NCBI GenBank assembly: GCA_040397565.1
Contig: JBBAVU010000001.1
Span: 1-47,834, forward strand
DNA length: 47,834 nucleotides
DNA from: Pirellulales bacterium
Lineage (GTDB): Bacteria; Planctomycetota; Planctomycetia; Pirellulales; UBA1268
Direction: 5' to 3'
The notes under the pieces were generated by a model. That model did not search any database. It had not been told where the DNA came from and worked only from the letters and a program-made list of their open reading frames with translations. Shown here one piece after another: positions 42,601 to 47,834 of the stretch. Position 1 is the first letter of the stretch; each line of letters opens with the position of its first letter. The translations under genes were made by a program, and so were the position numbers.

Positions 42601-43538
42601 CCGGACGCCAGGATCACCGTCTCCCGCTTCTCGATCACCCCGGCCACGTCGATCGCGACGTCGAGCTTCACCGGGGCCGCGGTGGGGTTGAAGAAGGCGA
42701 TCTCAAGCGCCGCGGTGCCATCGCTCGAGAGGTTGTGCAGGCTGTCCATGGTCAGCTGGACGGCCGGTGTGTTCTCGACCAGCGTGAGCGGCGTGTAGCC
42801 GGAGGCCTCCTGGAAGCCGCCGTTGCAGGGGATGCGGGCCTGCATCCACATCGGAAAATGGTTGATCGCGAGCATCACCCGCCAGGCGTCGTTGGCCCGA
42901 AAGGGGCCGACCATCTCGAAGTCTTCCGGCGTGGCCCGCATCTCCATTTCCCACCAACTGCCGCCGTCGGGGGCTGTACCCGGCGAGGTGATGCGGGTTT
43001 TGATCTCGAACCGCGGCGCCCAACCCTTGAACGCCTGCCCGAGGCCGAACCGCGTGTGGTCGCCGGTGAAGCCCAGCGTATTGAGAAACCACTTGTAGGA
43101 GCTGCCGGTGTTGCCGGGGGCCACGTTGCCGCCCAGCGGCTGCCAGTGAAGTTCGAGCGCGTCGTCGCCGATGAAGGCCTTCCCGGCCGAACGCCCGTCG
43201 CTGACCATGGGCTTGTAGCCCGGCCGCAGATAGGTGCGGCAGGCAAAGAACATCGCCTCGGGCTGCCAGCCGAAGAAGAAGGTCGTGGGCCGCGGAATGA
43301 GCAGGTCCTCCTGCCAGTCTCCGGGGCCGCTGATCGCCGCGGCCCCGCGCCACTCGGCGGCGTCGATGGCCCCGTCGATGGCAGGCTTAGACTCGAGCCG
43401 CGGCACGAGCAGGGCGGGGAGCTTCTCCGGCGGGATCGCCGCCCCTCGCTGCTGCGCGAGCACGGGCGTGGACAGCGCCAACCAGCCGATCACCGCCCCG
43501 CACCCCGCGATAGCCACCCGGATCATGCTCCTACACAT
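39603..43538 (-). CDS. Large secreted protein (1311 aa): N-terminal CBM9-like/DOMON-like module plus a large uncharacterised, possibly glycoside-hydrolase-like (GH123/DUF6067-type, tentative) region
   Basis: ATG at 43538 has GGAGG 8 nt upstream. Signal peptide VAIAGCGAVIGWLALSTPVLAQQ. The motif ESKPAIDGAIDAAEWRGAAAI is typical of CBM9-like modules. The family assignment of the remainder is from memory and cannot be verified here. Confidence 0.75.
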   Translation of the reverse strand: MCRSMIRVAIAGCGAVIGWLALSTPVLAQQRGAAIPPEKLPALLVPRLESKPAIDGAIDAAEWRGAAAISGPGDWQEDLLIPRPTTFFFGWQPEAMFFACRTYLRPGYKPMVSDGRSAGKAFIGDDALELHWQPLGGNVAPGNTGSSYKWFLNTLGFTGDHTRFGLGQAFKGWAPRFEIKTRITSPGTAPDGGSWWEMEMRATPEDFEMVGPFRANDAWRVMLAINHFPMWMQARIPCNGGFQEASGYTPLTLVENTPAVQLTMDSLHNLSSDGTAALEIAFFNPTAAPVKLDVAIDVAGVIEKRETVILASGSASKVALDEKLPADVKKGEVQVRVLQGERQLLQYYSRFDVGKFNGTMLAAVKPRDPTAFEWRTSWNPLKSLLRIGGDTYYLPDPAQAKALRYRVSAKGADKPVAEGRITRLYDFYLEDVVVLPTLAAGTYQVDASMELADGRTLGPYSRTLEKKDEAREFARWWGRKCGDVERVLAPYTGVRGGRLPAAGDAGGQVDGFVVLGREYAVDAMGLPVAMRSQGEAVLAAPARIVVTADGKETVIPVGKPTITAQKDWRTTFTGKAAGAGLVFTATGSLEQDGLVYVEFTYGPEGKEPVRIDGLRIEYPLAETDADALLCIGPDANYSSKTTMLLPDDKEGRLWSTLDTGRSGSKMTVGSFYPTVWIGSERRGFLWWADNDKGWVQDDAVPAHEAVRTRSGDRSVVEFRNNVVARPVEISGPRTIAFSYNSTPFKPLPQGFRTAIGTSDDTFFEPFRGVRKDSKTGKPVLATPGQHVNWIHPESRYPEEWPALWAEQKKAADAHAEANQLQNPFGARHGINFTHMSFQIMQYGRKSLEDQLYDYFGPEWDPGADTWNDSYIDYAMTLFEPAFKDGGVRSTYWDLAFPMQFDNPLSGLAYELPDGRIQRGYNGWNLRRFFMRLHALQLDAGLVPGGIGFHSTNAYIPIAMPWADAVLDGERIWDLDSMTTDWVDNMPVERMRAMSVPQAWGLGICWMANMQAREPAKVDRHKIRQGHWVWMHDSWLNPYIGQLARMPERVMDWGVNAAGVAWHPYWRNPFVTGPDGDVLVSLWHIPAENRVMLGVFNLDGSKPKDADLKIDLAALGVAPAGAFARTLYALPNGVGPVAFDAVAGSVRIKGLPPHELVLVGIGGQDAAEASRAAAALPAWLEGKLPDAVADFGMVRKETKHVAAGQPLPGVTCDEPAIQIGVWQLPDRIVIHMFNTDEKAAKKVPLAVDLTALGLVPDLPWQQSVGTRVLHPEEQPKLWTQKKNDAGHTILVANPQVMQLKPKTGRLVSVRRY

Positions 43539-43612
43539 CGCTGCTGCCTCCTCGTGGTTCGTTGCTCACCGGGGCCATTGTGACATATCAGAAAGTCGCC
43601 TGCCATCTGCGG

Positions 43613-44968
43613 TCAGACAATCGCCCCGTCGGCCGCGAGCCGGGCGCTCAAGGCCGCGCCGTCGAGCCGCGACACCGATTCCCCGCTCCGGGCACAGATC
43701 GCGGCTGCCAGGCCGGCCGCCTGGCCGAGCGCCATGCACTGGGCCTGCACCCGCACGGAGGCGAAGGCCTCCCGCGTCGCCGACAGCGTTCCCCCGGCGA
43801 CGAGCACGTTGTGGGATCCCTCGGGCACCAGGGTGCGGTAGGGAACGCGGTACGGCGAGGTCAGAAACTGCACGGTCTGGCTGCTGTCCGACCGGTGCAT
43901 ATCGACGGGATGGCCACCCAGCGCCACCGCGTCCGGGAAGGAACGGCCCGACAGGACGTCCTCGGCCGACAATGTGTAGAGCCCCTTGATGCATCGGGTT
44001 TCGCGGATGCCCACCTGCGTGGCCGTGTCGATCAGGTAGCAGCCGGCGAACGCCGGATGATGCCGGCGAAAGAGGTCGACCATCACGGCCACCTCCTCGC
44101 GGAGCACGAGTTCCGCTCGGGACAGGTCGGCCGCATCGGCCGCGTTCCCGGTGATCCGCGTGGCGTTGACTGACACCTCTCCGGGCCGGATCGTGCTGCC
44201 GTGCACGGCCCACGGTCCGCCGAAGTTCCGCACCTCCCCGGCCTGCACTGCCGCCGCGAGGATCCCACGGAGGTCGGGGTTGGAATACTTGGTGCCGTCC
44301 TCCGCCATGAGCAGCCTGAGGCGGTCGGTGTCCACGCCGCCGAGCCGGAAATACAGCGACATCGGCTGGAGTTCGCCGCTGGCCCGCCGATTCCGCATCT
44401 CGCAGGGCAGCGACGTGCGAGACACGAGGTCTCCGGTGCCGGTGCAGTCGATGAACTGCCGGGCGGCCACCGCCTCGCGGCCTGACTTGGTCTCGACGAT
44501 CACGTGCGTCAGCCGGCCCGGCTCGTCGGCCGCGGTGATCCCGCCGACGACGTGCGCGTGCATGAGCATCTCGACCCCCGCCCCGCGAACGAGGCGTTGG
44601 GCGGCGAGTTTGTACGCCTCGACGTCGTAGGGGATGTTGCCGCTGGGTAGGTCGATGATGGCCCCGCCGGCGGCGTGCAGCGCCCGAATGAACTCAACCG
44701 GGATGCCCCCCACGATCCGCTCACCGCCGAGGTTGAACTTGCTCAACGGGCCGACCATGCCCGCCGTCGCCATCCCGCCGAGGAAACCGTATCGCTCGAG
44801 CAGCAGCACCGATGCGCCAGCCCGCGCCGCGGCCACGGCGGCGATGAAACCCGACGGGCCGCCCCCGCAGACGACCACGTCGACCTCGGCCCGGACGGGC
44901 AGCCGGCGAGCGGGCTCCACGACGAAGGGGCCGGCCGGGGGATCGACGTCGCTTCGGTGTTCCGTCAT
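43613..44968 (-). CDS. FAD-dependent oxidoreductase (FAD_oxidored/PF12831-like)
   Basis: Dinucleotide-binding motif DVVVCGGGPSGFIAAVAAARAGASVLLLERYGFLGGMATAG. Start is ATG 44968 or ATG 45016; the latter would overlap the MFS gene 3' end by 17 nt. Confidence 0.85.
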   Translation of the reverse strand: MTEHRSDVDPPAGPFVVEPARRLPVRAEVDVVVCGGGPSGFIAAVAAARAGASVLLLERYGFLGGMATAGMVGPLSKFNLGGERIVGGIPVEFIRALHAAGGAIIDLPSGNIPYDVEAYKLAAQRLVRGAGVEMLMHAHVVGGITAADEPGRLTHVIVETKSGREAVAARQFIDCTGTGDLVSRTSLPCEMRNRRASGELQPMSLYFRLGGVDTDRLRLLMAEDGTKYSNPDLRGILAAAVQAGEVRNFGGPWAVHGSTIRPGEVSVNATRITGNAADAADLSRAELVLREEVAVMVDLFRRHHPAFAGCYLIDTATQVGIRETRCIKGLYTLSAEDVLSGRSFPDAVALGGHPVDMHRSDSSQTVQFLTSPYRVPYRTLVPEGSHNVLVAGGTLSATREAFASVRVQAQCMALGQAAGLAAAICARSGESVSRLDGAALSARLAADGAIV

Positions 44969-44999
44969 CGGGTGCCTGCCTGGTTCCGGTACGTTCCTG

Positions 45000-46292
45000 T
45001 TACGCCGCTGCGGCATCCGCCGGGCTGCGTCTGCGATACAACACCACCGCGATCACCACAAGCGCCGTGAGATGCAATCCGCTCATCATCGTGAACACCG
45101 GCACGTAGCCGTGGGATTCGACGACCCGTCCGGTGAGCAAGCTCGCCACGATCCCGCCGAGCGAACCGCCGATCGCCGAGATCGAAAGCACCGTCGCCAC
45201 CACGCTGCGAGGGAACGACTCCGACAGGAGCGCGAGAAGATTGGCCATCCAGCAGGTATGGCCGGCGAACAGCAGGGCGATGATCGCCACCGCGAGCCAT
45301 GTCGCATCGGTCCGCACGGCGATGTTTGCCAAGGGCATCAGGGCGGCCGCAGCCGCTAGCAACCCGAACCGGGCCCGCCGCGGGGCGATCCCGCGGCGCA
45401 CGAGCCAGTCGGAGAGGGCGCCGCCTCCCGGGCCGCCAATGTCGCCGGCCAGAAACGGCAGCCAGCCGATCAGCCCGAGCAGGGCAAGCGAGAATCCGCG
45501 GCTCCCGGCAAAGTAGTCGGGCAGCCAGAAGTTGAAGAAATACGCCCAGGGATCGGTGAGAAACCGGGCACAGAAAAACGCGATGCACAGCGGATGAAAG
45601 AGGGGATTGCCCGGGGATTTCCCCGGGGCGGCGCCGGCCGCCGCGACGTCGCGGTTGGCGAGCACGTAGGCCCGCTCCTCCGCGGAAATCCGCGGATGCC
45701 GCTCGGGGCTGTCATAGGCCTTCCACCAAGTGACCATCAGCAGCAGGCTCACGAATCCGGGCAGGATAAAGGCCAGCCGCCAGTCGAGGTGGAGCGTGAT
45801 GAAGGCCACGATGGGCGCGGCCAGGATTGCACCCCAGACGTAGCCGTTGTTGAGAATGGCGACACTCAGGCCGCGTTCACGGCTGGGAACCCATTCGCTG
45901 ATAGCCTTGATGCCCCCGGGGGTGTTGAAACTCTCCCCGAGCCCCAGCAGGAACCGCAGCACGACAAGCGAGATCCACCCCGCGGCTGCGGCGTGGGCCA
46001 TCGAAACGACTGTCCAGAAGCCGAGGGCGGCAGCCAGGCAGAGCCGCACTCCGAAGCGATCGAGCAGACGGCCCGCGAACACGTAGCCGATGGTGTACGC
46101 CACGAGAAACGACGTCACCACGTAAGAATATTCGACCGTGCCGAACCCGAGCGTGGCCTTGAGGGTCGGGGCCAACACGGAAAGCGTCTGCCGGTCGAAG
46201 TTGCTGGCGACCGAAAAGCAGAACAAAAGCCCGACAACCAGCCAGCGCCGCCGATGGGTGAAGAAGCCGGCGGCAGGCTTTGGGGTGGTCAA
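45000..46292 (-). CDS. MFS transporter (anion/sugar-acid:cation symporter-like)
   Basis: About 12 hydrophobic helices and the MFS signature region GRLLDRFGVRL after TM2. TTG start at 46290-46292 as in the ORF track, with no nearby in-frame ATG. Confidence 0.85.
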   Translation of the reverse strand: MTTPKPAAGFFTHRRRWLVVGLLFCFSVASNFDRQTLSVLAPTLKATLGFGTVEYSYVVTSFLVAYTIGYVFAGRLLDRFGVRLCLAAALGFWTVVSMAHAAAAGWISLVVLRFLLGLGESFNTPGGIKAISEWVPSRERGLSVAILNNGYVWGAILAAPIVAFITLHLDWRLAFILPGFVSLLLMVTWWKAYDSPERHPRISAEERAYVLANRDVAAAGAAPGKSPGNPLFHPLCIAFFCARFLTDPWAYFFNFWLPDYFAGSRGFSLALLGLIGWLPFLAGDIGGPGGGALSDWLVRRGIAPRRARFGLLAAAAALMPLANIAVRTDATWLAVAIIALLFAGHTCWMANLLALLSESFPRSVVATVLSISAIGGSLGGIVASLLTGRVVESHGYVPVFTMMSGLHLTALVVIAVVLYRRRSPADAAAA

Positions 46293-46327
46293 GGGTCGTC
46301 AGCGGTTGGAAGCCCGGCCAAAACCGG

Positions 46328-46347
46328 TAATACATCATAATACATCA
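46328..46347. repeat. Perfect tandem direct repeat (TAATACATCA x2) in the divergent MFS / sialidase-like promoter region
   Basis: TAATACATCA at 46328-46337 is repeated exactly at 46338-46347. This is the most AT-rich spot of a 92 bp divergent intergenic region. CATAAT spans the junction between the two copies and resembles a -10 hexamer. Confidence 0.6.
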
Positions 46348-46384
46348 GTGGATGTCTCGTTTAGCCAGCCGCAGGGAGAGGATC

Positions 46385-47834
46385 ATGACACGACTTTTGG
46401 GCACGAAGCGATCGGCAAGAAAGATTACGGCAACGGCCCTCGGGCCGCTGCTGTCGCTGACGCTCGTCATGCCTGCGCCGGCCCAGCCCTCCACGCCGGC
46501 CGAGTCCTCCGCGCAGCCCGTGCCCTTCACGGTGCCGCTGATGCGGCAGCCGCCCACGATCGACGGGCTGGTCGAGCCCGATGAGTGGGCCGCCGCCGAT
46601 GGGTTCGACGGCTTCGTCGGCGCCGACAAGGTCGGGGTCAGCACCGGCCTCGTGGTGACCGAGAACGGACAGGGGCAGGTCCGCGGATACGTCGGAGCCA
46701 CGGACGACGCGATTCACGTGGCCGTGGTGAGCAGGATTCCAGACGGAACGCCGCTCAAGGCCACGTTCAAGCAGGATACCTGGGAAGCGGTGGGGGACGA
46801 CTCGATCGAGGTCTTCGTCAACCCGACGCCGGAGAAGGAGCAGCGGGTGGACTACCACCGCCTCTTCAACTCGCTGGGGTTTGGCGCCTACCTGGTGCAC
46901 GAAATCGGCTCGGCTGACCAGACGCCCCCCTGGCTGAAGCCTGCCACCTGGCGGGGAGACTGGCCGATGAAGCAGGCAGTCCACGACGGCTGGTGGCACG
47001 CGGAGGTCACGATTCCGCTGGCGAGCATGCCGGGCGTCGCGCCGGGGCGGAAGGCGACCGACGGAGCCTGGGGTGTCAACCTGTGCCGCACGTGGCAAAA
47101 GACGCCCATGACCTGGTCGTCGCTGTTCGGCGGGTATGCGAAAAACACCCGCAGCTTCCGCTTCACGCAAGCCCCAACGCCGGCCGTGCAGGTTTCGAGT
47201 GACGGCCTTGCCGGTGATCCGCCCGTCACCTTCGTCATGCGGGTCTTCAACCCGTCTGCGTCGCCGCTCGAGGTCAAGGCCGCGCTCTCGCTACGGCAGA
47301 GCACCCGCCCGGAAAGCGCGAGCACCGACACCTTCACACTCGCCGCCGGCGAGGCGCGGGAACTACGAATCAAGGCTGATGATCTCGCGACGACGTCGGT
47401 TCGTCTGGACGCGGTCGTCGCCAGCCCGGATGGCACGGTCGCGTGGTACGACCGCGCGACCCGCTGGATTCCCGACACGCAGCCACTCCCGGTCGTTGAT
47501 CTCTCCGAGGAGACCCGCCGTCACGTGGTCATTGCCCCAGGGACGAAGGACGTTTATCAAGGCCACCCCACCACTCTGCTCTTGCCCGACGGCAAGACGA
47601 TGTTCTGCGTCTGGACCAACGGCCACGGCGGCCCCTGCGGTCCGCTTAAGCGGAGCGACGACGGCGGCCTCACCTGGAGCGACCTCCTGCCCGTGCCCGA
47701 CAACTGGAAAACCACCCGCAACTGCCCCGTGCTCCACCGTCTCACCGATCCGGAAGGCGTGACGCGGCTGTTCGTGTTCGCCGGCCAGGGTCCGGGCGGC
47801 ACCAGGCAGCCCGACAGCGGCACCATGCAGCGGT
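46385..47834 (+). CDS. Secreted CBM9-like + BNR/sialidase-like (exo-alpha-sialidase fold) protein, 3'-truncated by the window edge; absent from the supplied ORF track
   Basis: I translated codon by codon from ATG 46385 (GGGAGAGG 5 nt upstream) and found no stop up to at least 47581. Downstream sequence continues in the same frame to the edge. Signal peptide ...ALGPLLSLTLVMPAPAQP; RQPPTIDGLVEPDEWAAADGF is CBM9-like. Later come GHPTTLLLPDGKTMFCVWTNGHGG and the BNR/Asp-box SDDGGLTWS. Confidence 0.8.
   Translation, partial: MTRLLGTKRSARKITATALGPLLSLTLVMPAPAQPSTPAESSAQPVPFTVPLMRQPPTIDGLVEPDEWAAADGFDGFVGADKVGVSTGLVVTENGQGQVRGYVGATDDAIHVAVVSRIPDGTPLKATFKQDTWEAVGDDSIEVFVNPTPEKEQRVDYHRLFNSLGFGAYLVHEIGSADQTPPWLKPATWRGDWPMKQAVHDGWWHAEVTIPLASMPGVAPGRKATDGAWGVNLCRTWQKTPMTWSSLFGGYAKNTRSFRFTQAPTPAVQVSSDGLAGDPPVTFVMRVFNPSASPLEVKAALSLRQSTRPESASTDTFTLAAGEARELRIKADDLATTSVRLDAVVASPDGTVAWYDRATRWIPDTQPLPVVDLSEETRRHVVIAPGTKDVYQGHPTTLLLPDGKTMFCVWTNGHGGPCGPLKRSDDGGLTWSDLLPVPDNWKTTRNCPVLHRLTDPEGVTRLFVFAGQGPGGTRQPDSGTMQR

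Noticed and set aside
46361-47170. 269 aa minus-strand ORF, plus 46138-46584, 46585-46917 and 47136-47762 plus-strand ORFs
   Set aside because: All overlap the edge-truncated sialidase-like CDS (46385-47834), which has a signal peptide, a CBM9-like motif and a BNR Asp-box. The listed ORFs have none of these.
1-47834. A search of the whole window for rRNA, tRNA, tmRNA, RNase P and SRP RNA signatures, CRISPR arrays, transposases, integrases, phage genes, toxin-antitoxin pairs and known defence-system enzymes
   Set aside because: None was found by eye. Apart from the element at 21160-21325, the intergenic regions are too short or lack the conserved motifs. No nuclease, helicase, reverse-transcriptase or methyltransferase genes are present. 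I therefore do not claim a novel defence or mobile system here.

Overview
A very GC-rich (roughly 68-70%) bacterial chromosomal segment. The gene content suggests Planctomycetota, possibly Pirellulales-like, but this lineage call is an inference from several markers: a PEP-CTERM giant protein with autotransporter-associated beta-strand repeats, DUF1080, DUF11, an H4MPT-linked formyltransferase, and a long sigma-70 with an N-terminal HTH extension.

Most of the window is ordinary core genome.
- Minus-strand run: ABC exporter, SDR, trxB, U32.
- Then cysK, a J-domain protein, a double-parvulin PPIase, an AlaC-like aminotransferase and a sigma-70 factor.
- The conserved infC-rpmI-rplT-pheS-pheT block.
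- ftr/fhcD.

The accessory-looking parts are:
1. An 11.2 kb gene (551-11737) for a ~3,700 aa secreted repeat protein with a PEP-CTERM anchor.
2. A putative glycan-utilisation cluster at 39.6-47.8 kb. It contains two CBM9-like secreted proteins, an FAD oxidoreductase and an MFS transporter. One of the CBM9-like proteins is a sialidase/BNR-type ORF that is missing from the supplied ORF track because it runs off the right edge.

I found no rRNA, tRNA, CRISPR array, transposase, integrase or recognisable defence module. I cannot honestly claim a new multi-gene system.

The signals most worth a second look:
- A ~165 bp palindromic, structured intergenic element at 21160-21325, with a 22 bp closing stem, two AGGAU pentaloops and 10 bp flanking direct repeats.
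- The triple-fusion ABC exporter.
- The tandem U32 Fe-S-type protein translationally overlapped with trxB.
- The non-ATG start of infC.
- A perfect 10 bp tandem repeat in the divergent promoter region of the glycan cluster.

The many long antisense or alternative-frame ORFs in the track are GC-composition artefacts.
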